A stretch of 61,715 nucleotides of DNA from Clostridia bacterium. Lineage in GTDB: Bacteria; Bacillota; Clostridia; TANB77; CAG-508. Shown here in pieces: positions 22,135-32,114 of the stretch. A model generated the notes under the pieces. The model did no database searches, was not told the origin of the DNA, and saw only the letters and a program-made list of their open reading frames with translations. The stretch's first letter is position 1. Every line of letters begins with the position of its first letter. The stretch is from contig JAFVBS010000020.1 in NCBI GenBank assembly GCA_017479865.1, positions 1-61,715 of the forward strand, given 5' to 3'. The translations under genes and the position numbers were made by a program.

Positions 22135-23700
22135 ATGGAAAAAAAGCAAAACTTTTTTGCTAAATTTAATATTAAAGATTATACTAACCAATTAGAGAAG
22201 ATTTTGGAAAAGAAAAGATTTTCCGTAGATAGCAAAAATCTTCTCTTAAGCATGTTTTATAAAATAGAAAATGCTTATCAGGATTATGAAAAAACAAAAG
22301 TAGAGGTGCCTAGCAAAAGTGAGTTTTTAAGCAATCTTTTATCTCTCATTGAACAGTATTGTGAAAATATTACCGTTGCAGAATTTGACTCGGAGGCAGT
22401 CAAAATGTTAGAAAAAAAACAGGTAAAATATATTCTTTCTCCTGCTGAGGGAAGCATAATTGCTTATGGGAATGAAATTTTGGTATTAACTTGCCTTCTT
22501 CAATTAGCGAGAAAAGAAATTGCTTTTCCAGAGGAACAACAACCATTGCAATACCCCATGAACCAATTATTACAAATAGGAAATGAGATGAATCAAGTAG
22601 AAGTGATTCGCGATTTTAACGGATGGTCATGGGATGTTGGCATCAAAGAGATAGACGACATTCCTAGAAATTTGGTTTACCAAACTTTGCTTTATTTACT
22701 AGGAAAAGAATTTATGAAGCAATGGCAAGAAAATCAAACGGAACTAGCTGATTATGTTACGCTAATGCAGGAAAATTTAAAACAGCAATATGGAGAAAAA
22801 CGAGCAAAAAGTTTTGTTTCACTGCTTTGTAAAATTGCAATTGATATTACCAGTGTAGAAAATGAGGAACAAAGAAAATTCTTTGAGGAACTAAAGAACA
22901 AAGAAAATGAAGAATATTCCCTACTTAGCAATAAGCAAGCATATATCGAACAAATGACGGCAGAGAAAAGAAATTATACGAAACAAATTGAAAAAATTGA
23001 CATCATTTTGAATCATAAAGAACTGCTCAGAGAAGAGTACACCAAACGAAATGCAAAATTACCTAATAGACAGAAAATATTTAGTATGAATCACTTAGCC
23101 AATAGACTAGAACAAGAGAGAAATGAGTTATTAGAAAAAATAAAACAATGCAATCAATGTATTGATCCAGTGGGGTTTGTGAATCGCAAAGAACAGGTAA
23201 AAAATAGGATTGATTTTCTAAATACATTAAATTTAGACCAAACACAAGGGCAAGATGAAGATTTGCTAAAGTTATGTAGCATCTTTCTAGAATGTTTTCA
23301 AATTAAAATTGCGAAAGAACAAAATAAGAAAGAGCTTGTCTCGTATTTTTATGAATTACGCTATTATCAAAATCTTCCTTTTGATGCAAAGGGGACAACT
23401 CTGAAAGAATTGCCAAAATTAAAAAATATTTTTACAAAAACCATACAGGTGCTATTACAAAAAGGAACGAGCTTAGGTGCAATTGACTTTGTAACAGAAG
23501 ATGAAAAAGTTAATGAGCAAATTTTAAGCAAAATTTTTGAAAGTAAATTAATTGATTTAAATCATCTAATTATTATGACAGTGGTGGAAAAAGGAAAACT
23601 TTTCATTGAATACTATGATGATAATGTATTAGAAACAAGAATGCAATTAGAAAGTGATAAGACGATTAAGTTAAAAAAGAAAACGAGGGTATTTGTATAG
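22135..23700 (+). CDS. Hypothetical coiled-coil protein
   Basis: 521-aa ORF with RBS; no recognised motif. Confidence 0.75.
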   Translation: MEKKQNFFAKFNIKDYTNQLEKILEKKRFSVDSKNLLLSMFYKIENAYQDYEKTKVEVPSKSEFLSNLLSLIEQYCENITVAEFDSEAVKMLEKKQVKYILSPAEGSIIAYGNEILVLTCLLQLARKEIAFPEEQQPLQYPMNQLLQIGNEMNQVEVIRDFNGWSWDVGIKEIDDIPRNLVYQTLLYLLGKEFMKQWQENQTELADYVTLMQENLKQQYGEKRAKSFVSLLCKIAIDITSVENEEQRKFFEELKNKENEEYSLLSNKQAYIEQMTAEKRNYTKQIEKIDIILNHKELLREEYTKRNAKLPNRQKIFSMNHLANRLEQERNELLEKIKQCNQCIDPVGFVNRKEQVKNRIDFLNTLNLDQTQGQDEDLLKLCSIFLECFQIKIAKEQNKKELVSYFYELRYYQNLPFDAKGTTLKELPKLKNIFTKTIQVLLQKGTSLGAIDFVTEDEKVNEQILSKIFESKLIDLNHLIIMTVVEKGKLFIEYYDDNVLETRMQLESDKTIKLKKKTRVFV

Positions 23701-23729
23701 AGAAAGGTCACTTTGATTGACTCGTAAAA

Positions 23730-23851
23730 GCAGAGAACTATCGTAAACCCGCAGTAACGCTCAGTTGAAGGAGTAAGTGGAGACCTATGGCAACAGGAGA
23801 CTTATCCACGAACGACGACAGCAAGGAATAAGAATTCACGATAGTTTCTGC
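23730..23851. repeat. Structured intergenic element, family C
   Basis: Terminal IR GCAGAGAACTATCGT / ACGATAGTTTCTGC; internal GTGGA/TCCAC stem; motifs shared with 56973-57133. Confidence 0.55.
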
Positions 23852-23883
23852 ATAACAATTTACTATAGAAAGGAGTCTTATTT

Positions 23884-25533
23884 ATGAAAATTACATTTTT
23901 AGGGGCTACTAAAATGGTAACTGGTTCTAACTTTTTAGTAGAGGGTGCTGGAAAAAAATTTTTAGTAGACTGTGGCATGTATCAAGGCAGTAATAAAGAT
24001 GAAATGGCAAATACAGAGCCGTTTGCTTATAATCCAGCAGAAATTGATTTTATGCTATTAACCCATGCCCATATAGATCATTCTGGCAGAATTCCTAAAT
24101 TATATAACGAAGGATTTCGTGGTCCGATAATTACTACAAAAGCAACAATGGAATTATGTAGTATTATGCTTCCTGATAGTGGACACATTCAAGAGCAAGA
24201 AATTGAGTGGCGTAATCGTAAAAGAATGAGAGAGGGAATGGAAGCACTTCCTCCACTTTATACAGCACAAGATGGTATCAATTGTATGGAAATTTTTCAA
24301 CCTGTACAATATGATGAAATTATTGAAATTGACGAAAACATTCATGTTCGTTTTAACGATGCAGGTCATATGCTTGGTTCTGCAATGATTGAAGTATGGG
24401 TTACAGAAGGTGAAAAAGAGACAAAAGCTGTTTTCACAGGGGACATTGGTAATAACGATATTCCATTATTATCTTCTCCAACCATGATAGAAACAGCAGA
24501 TTATGTGGTGATGGAATCTACCTATGGAGGAAGGCTACATATGCGCAATGATGAAAAAGCAAACCTCTTCTTAGACATTGTATCAGAAACACTTAACAAA
24601 GGGGGAACGGTTGTTATTCCATCCTTTGCAGTGGGGAGAACACAAGAAATTTTATATGAGCTAAATCATATTAAGGATGGCAACAATGATGAAGAATTTC
24701 AAAAAAAATATCAAACTTTAATGAATGTGCCTGTTTACGTAGATAGTCCTCTTGCTATTTCTGCCACAGAGGTATTTCGCGATAATATGAACTTATTTGA
24801 TGAAGAAACACAAGAACTCATCAAAAGAGGGGATAATCCATTGGAGTTTTCAGGACTTCAATTTACAAGAACAGCAGATGAATCTAAAGCACTTAACGAA
24901 AAACAAGAATCTGCCATTATCATTTCAGCTAGTGGTATGTGCGAAGTGGGAAGAATTAAACACCATTTAAAACACAATTTATGGAACCCTAATAGTACCA
25001 TTCTATTTGTGGGCTACCAGGCACCAGGAACACTAGGCAGAAGATTAGTAGATGGAGAAAAACTAGTCAAAATTTTTGGCGAAGAAATTGCAGTTAAGGC
25101 AAGAATTGAATATATTGAAGGATACTCTGGTCATGCTGACCAAGAATGGCTTTTGAATTTTATTTATTCCTTTATTCTCAAACCAAAACACATCTTTTTA
25201 GTACATGGAGAACCAGAAGGACAAGAAATTTTAAAAGGAAAATTGCTCCAAACCACACAAATTCCAGTCACCATTCCAAGCTTTGGAGAATGTTATACCC
25301 TGGATGATACTTTAGCAGTAGAGCAGGTAGCAGAACCAATTGGCATCTTTAGAACAGAGCGAAAAGAAGTAATGGATAAAATTAAGGTTCTAAAATCTGA
25401 ACTGGATGATATGGAAACTATTGTAAAGGAAGAATATTTAAACAACAAAACAAGCGACAACGATATCGATAGGCTAAAATTACGATTACAAGAAATTGAA
25501 GAACAAATTGTAAAAATTGTTGAAAAAAATTAA
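23884..25533 (+). CDS. MBL-fold beta-CASP ribonuclease
   Basis: LTHAHIDHSG, AGHMLGS, ESTYG, SGHAD and VHGE motifs. Confidence 0.92.
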   Translation: MKITFLGATKMVTGSNFLVEGAGKKFLVDCGMYQGSNKDEMANTEPFAYNPAEIDFMLLTHAHIDHSGRIPKLYNEGFRGPIITTKATMELCSIMLPDSGHIQEQEIEWRNRKRMREGMEALPPLYTAQDGINCMEIFQPVQYDEIIEIDENIHVRFNDAGHMLGSAMIEVWVTEGEKETKAVFTGDIGNNDIPLLSSPTMIETADYVVMESTYGGRLHMRNDEKANLFLDIVSETLNKGGTVVIPSFAVGRTQEILYELNHIKDGNNDEEFQKKYQTLMNVPVYVDSPLAISATEVFRDNMNLFDEETQELIKRGDNPLEFSGLQFTRTADESKALNEKQESAIIISASGMCEVGRIKHHLKHNLWNPNSTILFVGYQAPGTLGRRLVDGEKLVKIFGEEIAVKARIEYIEGYSGHADQEWLLNFIYSFILKPKHIFLVHGEPEGQEILKGKLLQTTQIPVTIPSFGECYTLDDTLAVEQVAEPIGIFRTERKEVMDKIKVLKSELDDMETIVKEEYLNNKTSDNDIDRLKLRLQEIEEQIVKIVEKN

Positions 25534-25543
25534 AAATGCGAGG

Positions 25544-27493
25544 AAAATGCAAATGAAAAATAAATATCAAAATGATGCTATCATCGGAGGCAAAAATATC
25601 ACAGCAAGTTATAGTAAAACAGGGGAACTCTTAAGAGCAATGTATCCTTCTCCTGATTTTTACCAATTCATTGATGAGTTTCATACAGGAGTCAAAATTA
25701 ATGATTCTGGCATGATTTATCTTCATGAAGATGTGAACAATAGTTACCGCCAATATTATACTGAAGATACCAATGTACTCAATACAGAAATTATCAACTC
25801 TTACTTTCAATTAAAAATCACGCAAACTGATTTTGTATCCATGAAAAAAAGTGTGATGATAAAAAAATACATATTTGAAAATCAAAATACCATCGATTTA
25901 TCTGTGAACTTTTTGGTACATTCTCACTTGCTTTCTGATACCAACAATATGGTGGGAGCAGAAATAAAAAATGGGGCTCTAGTACAGTATTGCCACGACT
26001 ACCGATTCAGCATTTTTTCAAAACTACCACTTTTGAGTTACCAATTAAATGATAGCAAAGAAAATATTGCCAGTGGAGTGGTACAAGACAAAGATTTTAT
26101 TGGTATGTCACCAGATGCTAGCGTTAGTTATGATATTGGAACCTTGAGGCCAGGAGAGAAAAGGGAATTTGTTCTTTATTTATATTTTGAAAATCAAGAG
26201 GAAAAAGTAGCAGAAGAAGAGCAAAAAAAGCAAATTGAAGAATTAAGAAAACTAGATGTCAACAAAGAACTGTCAGCAACTGAAAAATACTGGAAAAAAT
26301 ACGTCAAAGAGCATCTGACGATAGCATTAAAATCAGAAACTACAGAATTCCATAAAAAATGGAACATAATTTATAAAAGAAGTATTTTGTTATTTCCGCT
26401 TTTGACCAATGAGGTGACAGGAGGCATTTCAGCCACCGTCGAAATTGATGAAAATATGACACAATGCGGAAAATATGCATACTGCTGGCCAAGAGATGCA
26501 GTATTTATTACAAGAGCATTGGACAAGCTGGGAATGAAAAAAGAAGTTGACAAATTCTATAAAATATTTTGCAAGCAAACACAGAGCCAAAATGGTATGT
26601 GGAGCCAACGCTTTTACACAGATGGAAGGCTAGCACCTTGCTGGGGCTATCAAATTGATGAAACAGCAAGTGTAATTTATGGGGTTTATGAGCATTATTT
26701 GGTTACAAAAGAAAGCAAGTTTTTAAAAGATACTTTCAAAATGTGCGAAAATGCAGTCAAATTCTTATGTCGCTATATGGATAATGTGTTAGGAACCAAA
26801 GACGAATCAGATGTGGTAAAAAAAGAAATTGAACAAACCTATCACACTGAAGAAAGAGATAAATTGCCAGTAAGCTATGATCTATGGGAAATGCATGAGG
26901 GGGTTCATTTATATTCTCTTGCAGCCATCAGCAGTGCCTTTGAAGCAATGCTTCAAATCCATAGTGCGTTAAAACCAGAATATGAAAAAAATAACCGCTT
27001 AAAAGTAGAAGCAATGAACAAATTAGAAGCCAGAATGAAAAAATACCAGGAAGAAATTAAAAAATTCATTTCTACCAATTTATATGACGAAACCACGAAG
27101 ACATTTTTAAGAAATTTAAATGATAAACAAACTGATATTAGTCAATTAGGATTGGTTGTACCATTTGCAATTTTCACACCAAAAGAGAAAAAGGTGCTCA
27201 ATACCATTGAAAAAATTAACTTAACATTAAGAACGTATACTGGTGGCTATATTCGCTTTGAAGAAGACCATTACAAAGGAGGCAATAGCCCTTGGCCAAT
27301 AGCAACCCTTTGGATGGCAATGTACTATCAAAAAGCAGGCGAACGTAGAAAGGCAAAAGAATGTATTGACTTTGTGGTCAATAGTGCTAACGAACACGGC
27401 CTTTTAGGAGAGCAGGTAGATAATGAAACAATGAGGCCAAACTGGGCCATTGGCCTCGGCTGGTCCCATGCCATGTTTATTTTAGCAAACTAG
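25544..27493 (+). CDS. GH15 glucoamylase-like glycoside hydrolase
   Basis: YAYCWPRDA, QIDETA, YDLWE, LLGEQ and LGWSHAM motifs; exact start uncertain (about 25547 or 25553). Confidence 0.85.
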   Translation, partial: KMQMKNKYQNDAIIGGKNITASYSKTGELLRAMYPSPDFYQFIDEFHTGVKINDSGMIYLHEDVNNSYRQYYTEDTNVLNTEIINSYFQLKITQTDFVSMKKSVMIKKYIFENQNTIDLSVNFLVHSHLLSDTNNMVGAEIKNGALVQYCHDYRFSIFSKLPLLSYQLNDSKENIASGVVQDKDFIGMSPDASVSYDIGTLRPGEKREFVLYLYFENQEEKVAEEEQKKQIEELRKLDVNKELSATEKYWKKYVKEHLTIALKSETTEFHKKWNIIYKRSILLFPLLTNEVTGGISATVEIDENMTQCGKYAYCWPRDAVFITRALDKLGMKKEVDKFYKIFCKQTQSQNGMWSQRFYTDGRLAPCWGYQIDETASVIYGVYEHYLVTKESKFLKDTFKMCENAVKFLCRYMDNVLGTKDESDVVKKEIEQTYHTEERDKLPVSYDLWEMHEGVHLYSLAAISSAFEAMLQIHSALKPEYEKNNRLKVEAMNKLEARMKKYQEEIKKFISTNLYDETTKTFLRNLNDKQTDISQLGLVVPFAIFTPKEKKVLNTIEKINLTLRTYTGGYIRFEEDHYKGGNSPWPIATLWMAMYYQKAGERRKAKECIDFVVNSANEHGLLGEQVDNETMRPNWAIGLGWSHAMFILAN

Positions 27494-27500
27494 GGCAAAC

Positions 27501-28540
27501 TAGGGACGTTTGTTATTGGGACATTTTGCTCCATTAGGGACACATGTTAAATAATATAACAAAAATTTTATAGTAGGAAAAGAAAATTTTAAAAGTTATT
27601 TTTATAGATAAAAATGAAAAATGTATAGCATATTTGAACAAAATATGCTATATTTATTTGTATGAAATAGGGGAATGAAATAAGTATTACGCGGGAGTAC
27701 TAACCTAAAAGGAAAGGAAGGAAAAAGTGCCTCGTTATAGTAGAAAAAAATCTGCAACTAATATTTACCATGTAATTCTACGTGGTATCAACCATCAAGA
27801 AATTTTTTATGACACACAAGACTATCAAAAATTTTTAAAGGAAATTAACCATACAAAAGAAGAATATCAGTATGAATTATATGCATTTGTACTTATGAAC
27901 AATCATGTACATCTTTTAATTTATGATAAAAAACAATGTCTATCTAATATTATTCATAATTTAGCAATTCGATATAGTTTATATTTTAACAAAAAGTATA
28001 AAAGATGTGGACATCTATTTCAAAATAGATTTTTGAGTAAAGAGGTAGAAAGTGAGTCATATTTACTAAACTTGCAAAGATACATTCATCAAAATCCTGT
28101 CAAGGAGAAAATAGGCAAGATAGAAACCTATCAATGGAGCAGTTATCAAGACTACATAGGCAGGACAAAAAATGCGGATACTGAATTTATTTTAGCATTA
28201 TTTCATAAAGAAAAGAAACAAGCCATTAAGCTGTTTAAGAAGTTTAATGATATTTTTATCAAATCTAATGATATTGAATACGAAATTAGAAAATTTTACA
28301 CAGATGAAGAAGCAATTCAAATTATTCAACAAGTTTTAAAAGAAGAAAATTTAATGGATATACAAAACTATAACAAAACAATACAAAAGCAAGTTGTAAA
28401 AAAAATATTAACAATCCAAGGAATTAGAATATCACAAATAGAGAGGATAATAGGCATCAACCGAAAAATGATACAAAGGGTTGCAAAAGAAAACTAGTGT
28501 CCCTAAAGTGGACAAAATGTCCCAACGACAAACGTCCCCA
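27501..28540. mobile_element. RAYT/IS200-like element bounded by about 43-bp imperfect inverted repeats
   Basis: Left TAGGGACGTTTGTTATTGGGACATTTTGCTCCATTAGGGACAC (27501-27543); right arm 28497-28540 has reverse complement TGGGGACGTTTGTCGTTGGGACATTTTGTCCACTTTAGGGACAC. Confidence 0.75.
27727..28497 (+). CDS. REP-associated tyrosine (Y1 HUH) transposase with C-terminal HTH
   Basis: MPRYSR, YHVILRG, MNNHVHLL (HUH), GHLFQNRF, YIHQNPV and WSSY motifs. Confidence 0.9.
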   Translation: MPRYSRKKSATNIYHVILRGINHQEIFYDTQDYQKFLKEINHTKEEYQYELYAFVLMNNHVHLLIYDKKQCLSNIIHNLAIRYSLYFNKKYKRCGHLFQNRFLSKEVESESYLLNLQRYIHQNPVKEKIGKIETYQWSSYQDYIGRTKNADTEFILALFHKEKKQAIKLFKKFNDIFIKSNDIEYEIRKFYTDEEAIQIIQQVLKEENLMDIQNYNKTIQKQVVKKILTIQGIRISQIERIIGINRKMIQRVAKEN

Positions 28541-28568
28541 ATGCCCAATGGGACAAAAAGGAGGAAAT

Positions 28569-29933
28569 ATGGCAAAGGCAAAAACTGTATTTGTATGTAG
28601 TAGCTGCGGATATGAGTCACCAAAATGGCTGGGAAAATGTCCAAGCTGTAATGAATGGAATACTTTTTACGAAGAAAAAATATCGGGTGTGGCAAGCACT
28701 GGAAAGGGCACCGAGAAAAAAGTAGTAACGCCCAAAGCACTTAACTCAGTAGAAGGAAAAGATGCTGCCAGAACCTCTACAGGGATTGGTGAATTAGATA
28801 GAGTGCTAGGAGGAGGCTTGGTCAAAGGTTCCCTTGTACTTGTAGGAGGGGAGCCGGGAATTGGAAAGTCCACCCTCATTTTGCAATTGTGTGACAAAAT
28901 GCAAGGAGAAGGAAAAGTGCTCTATGTTTCTGGAGAGGAGTCTGCCGAACAAATTAAGCTAAGAGCTGACCGTTTGAATATTCACAATGACAATATTATG
29001 TTTTTAGGAGAAACCGACATTGAACTGATTGAAAATGCCATTTTAGAGATGAATCCCAAATTGGTCATTATTGATTCTATTCAAACCATGTACTCTGAGG
29101 ATATTTCTTCAGCAGCAGGAACTGTTAGCCAAGTAAGAGAAATTACCGCCAGAATTATGCGCGTTTGTAAAAGCAATGAAATTACCACCATTATTATTGG
29201 ACATGTTACCAAAGAGGGAAACATTGCGGGTCCTAGGGTGCTAGAACATATGGTAGATACTGTGCTTTATTTAGAGGGAGAACGCTACTTTTCTTATCGA
29301 ATTCTAAGAGGAGTAAAAAATCGTTTTGGTTCTACTAATGAGGTAGGCATGTTTGAAATGCAAAGCGAAGGAATGGTTGAAATTACCAATCCATCTTCTG
29401 TGTTAATTTCAGAAAGAGATGATAATCCAGCAGGTTCTGTGATTGTGGCAAGTATGGAGGGAACAAGACCCCTATTGGTCGAGCTTCAAGCTCTAACTAC
29501 TCCAAGTATTTTTGGAATGCCAAGAAGAACCGCCAATGGCATTGACTATAACCGTCTAACACTATTAGTAGCAGTGCTAGAAAAGAAGGCGGGACTGCCT
29601 TTCGGAACTCAAGACATCTACTTAAATGTCGTTAGTGGTATTCGCATCAATGAGCCAGCTGTTGATTTGGGTGTTGTGTTAGCATGTGCCTCAAGCTTAA
29701 AAAATGTTAGCATTGATAAAGGTGTTGTTGCCATTGGCGAAGTGGGCTTAACAGGAGAGGTAAGAGCAGTCAATTTGATTGACAAGAGAATTAAGGAAGC
29801 GGAAAAATTAGGATTCAAAACGTGCATTATTCCAGAAAATAACAAAAAACTATTGAAAGAAAGCTATCATTTAGATATAATAGGGGTGAAAAATGTGGGA
29901 GAGGCAATGAAGGTAGCAGGACTGAAATCATAA
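28569..29933 (+). CDS. radA: DNA repair protein RadA/Sms
   Basis: Zinc finger CSSC..CPSC, GEPGIGKST, KNRFG; RBS before ATG 28569. Confidence 0.97.
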   Translation: MAKAKTVFVCSSCGYESPKWLGKCPSCNEWNTFYEEKISGVASTGKGTEKKVVTPKALNSVEGKDAARTSTGIGELDRVLGGGLVKGSLVLVGGEPGIGKSTLILQLCDKMQGEGKVLYVSGEESAEQIKLRADRLNIHNDNIMFLGETDIELIENAILEMNPKLVIIDSIQTMYSEDISSAAGTVSQVREITARIMRVCKSNEITTIIIGHVTKEGNIAGPRVLEHMVDTVLYLEGERYFSYRILRGVKNRFGSTNEVGMFEMQSEGMVEITNPSSVLISERDDNPAGSVIVASMEGTRPLLVELQALTTPSIFGMPRRTANGIDYNRLTLLVAVLEKKAGLPFGTQDIYLNVVSGIRINEPAVDLGVVLACASSLKNVSIDKGVVAIGEVGLTGEVRAVNLIDKRIKEAEKLGFKTCIIPENNKKLLKESYHLDIIGVKNVGEAMKVAGLKS

Positions 29934-29948
29934 AAAAGGAGGAAGAGT

Positions 29949-31028
29949 ATGTCAAGCAAGGGTGAAGACTTAACAATTACGGAAATTTTAAAAATGATTG
30001 CACCAGGTACTCCCATTCGTAATGGGCTAGAAAATATTCTAAAGGCTAAAACGGGTGCACTCATTGTCATTGGAGATACCAAAGAAGTACTGGATTTAGT
30101 AGATGGTGGCTTTCGACTTGACATTGATTATACTTCTTCAAGATTGTATGAATTAGCGAAAATGGACGGAGCCATTGTGCTTAGCAATGACTTTAAAAAA
30201 ATTCTATATGCCAACACACAACTAATTCCTTCTTCTAGTATTTCAACAACCGAAACAGGAACAAGACACAGAACAGCAGAACGTACAGCAAAACAAACAG
30301 GAAATTTAGTCATTAGCATTTCACAAAGAAGAAGTGTCATTACCATTTTTAAAGGTGACATTCGTTATGTTTTGGAGGATACTTCAAAAGTGATTTCAAA
30401 GGCGAATCAGGCATTACAAACAGTTGAAAAATATAAAAAAGTTTTTGATGATAAACTTAGTGTGTTAAATGAATATGAATTTAATGATATTGTTACTTTA
30501 GAAAATGTCATTATTGCCATTCAACGTGCCGAAATGGTAATGAAAGTGGTAGAAGAAGTACAAAAATCGATTTATGAATTAGGTGCAGAAGGAAGACTTC
30601 TTGAAATGCAATTAGAAGAATTAATTGGAGATTTAGAAAAAGAAGAATTGCTCATTATTAAAGACTATATTGCACCAGGAAAAAAGCGCACGCCAGAAAA
30701 GGTATTAGAGGAAATTAGAAAGTTAGAGCATGATGATTTGATGATTTTCAAAAAAATTGCCAACTTTTTAGGCTATGAAGATTTTGATAATTATGATGAG
30801 GTAGGGGTATACACAAGAGGATACAGGGTACTAAGTAAAATACCAAGAATGCCAAGCAATATTGTTGAAAACTTAGTCAGATCTTTTAAATCCTTCCAAC
30901 ATATTTTAGCGGCTGATTTACAACAATTAGATGATGTTGACGGAATTGGAGAGGTAAGAGCAAGAACGATTAGGCAGGCCCTCAAGAGAATGCAAGAACA
31001 ATTTGTATTTGACAATTTAATGCTATAA
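29949..31028 (+). CDS. disA: Diadenylate cyclase DisA
   Basis: DGA, GTRHRTAER and C-terminal HhH; radA-disA operon. Confidence 0.96.
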   Translation: MSSKGEDLTITEILKMIAPGTPIRNGLENILKAKTGALIVIGDTKEVLDLVDGGFRLDIDYTSSRLYELAKMDGAIVLSNDFKKILYANTQLIPSSSISTTETGTRHRTAERTAKQTGNLVISISQRRSVITIFKGDIRYVLEDTSKVISKANQALQTVEKYKKVFDDKLSVLNEYEFNDIVTLENVIIAIQRAEMVMKVVEEVQKSIYELGAEGRLLEMQLEELIGDLEKEELLIIKDYIAPGKKRTPEKVLEEIRKLEHDDLMIFKKIANFLGYEDFDNYDEVGVYTRGYRVLSKIPRMPSNIVENLVRSFKSFQHILAADLQQLDDVDGIGEVRARTIRQALKRMQEQFVFDNLML

Positions 31029-31108
31029 TTATATAATAAATAGGCGAGAACAAATTTGAAAAATGACTGATTTTTCAAAAAATTGGTACCTAAGAAAGGA
31101 TATTAAAA

Positions 31109-31921
31109 ATGAAAGTATTCACAAGAATTTTATTGATATTAGGAATTATTTTAGCGATTGCAGGAATTGGCTATGTAGGATATGGCTTTTATTTAAAAGC
31201 TACCACAAATATATCAAATCCCGTAGCCACCATGGAAGTAGAGGACTATGGAACAATCAAAATCGAATTATATCCAGATAAAGCACCAAATACGGTAGCA
31301 AACTTTATTCGTTTGGCTAACCGTGGCTTTTATAATGGATTAACTTTTCATAGAACCATTCCAGGCTTTATGATACAAGGAGGAGACAAAACAGGAAGTG
31401 GTTCTGGCTCTCCAAGTTTAAGTGATATCCAGGACAATGTTTCTGCAGATAAAGAATACAATATTCCAGGTGAATTTATTGCCAATGGATATGCTAAAAA
31501 CAATTTAAAACACACAGCGGGTATCATTTCTATGGCAAGAACAGACTATAGCCAATATAATTCAGCATTAACTACCTATGGCTATAACTCAGCAGGTTCG
31601 CAGTTTTTTATTATGACAAATGACAACACACAGCTAGATGGATTGTATGCTGCTTTTGGAAAAGTGCTTGAAGGAATGGATGTTGTAGAAAAAATTGCAA
31701 GTACAGAAGTCACTTATAGAAATTCTGAATTAAAAGAAGGAGAGACTGCTCCAAAAGATGAAGATGGAAATACCATTGCTTCCGACAGGCCAAAAAAACT
31801 ACCAGTTATCAAAAGCATTTCTGTAGAAACATATGGCGTAGATTATGGAATGCCAGAAACATTAGATGTATTTGATTATTATACTTGGTTAATGCAACAA
31901 TATGGAATGAGTGCTCAATAA
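31109..31921 (+). CDS. Membrane-anchored cyclophilin-type peptidyl-prolyl isomerase
   Basis: APNTVANF, FHR..GFMIQGGD, SAGSQFFI, YAAFGKV motifs; N-terminal TM helix. Confidence 0.92.
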   Translation: MKVFTRILLILGIILAIAGIGYVGYGFYLKATTNISNPVATMEVEDYGTIKIELYPDKAPNTVANFIRLANRGFYNGLTFHRTIPGFMIQGGDKTGSGSGSPSLSDIQDNVSADKEYNIPGEFIANGYAKNNLKHTAGIISMARTDYSQYNSALTTYGYNSAGSQFFIMTNDNTQLDGLYAAFGKVLEGMDVVEKIASTEVTYRNSELKEGETAPKDEDGNTIASDRPKKLPVIKSISVETYGVDYGMPETLDVFDYYTWLMQQYGMSAQ

Positions 31922-31952
31922 GAACATCAAATAGAAACATTTAAAATACAGA

Positions 31953-31997
31953 TATAAGCACAATAGTGATGAGTCGATTACTATTGTGCTTATTTTT
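31953..31997 (+). terminator. Intrinsic terminator
   Basis: ATAAGCACAATAGT / ACTATTGTGCTTAT stem plus T tract. Confidence 0.75.
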
Positions 31998-32114
31998 ACG
32001 CGGAGGTAATTCTATATGACAAAAAAGTTAGAATTGTCTCATGGTACTTATTGACTTTAATAGTCGCAGAGGATATAATTGTTGCTAGAAGAATAGAAAG
32101 GGGTAGATGGAAAA

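Noticed and set aside
28497-28568. N-terminal extension of RadA in the ORF track
   Set aside because: It is translation through the RAYT right inverted repeat; the RBS supports ATG 28569. The track's extensions of pdp, rpsF, yqfC, mscL and agrC were trimmed for similar reasons.
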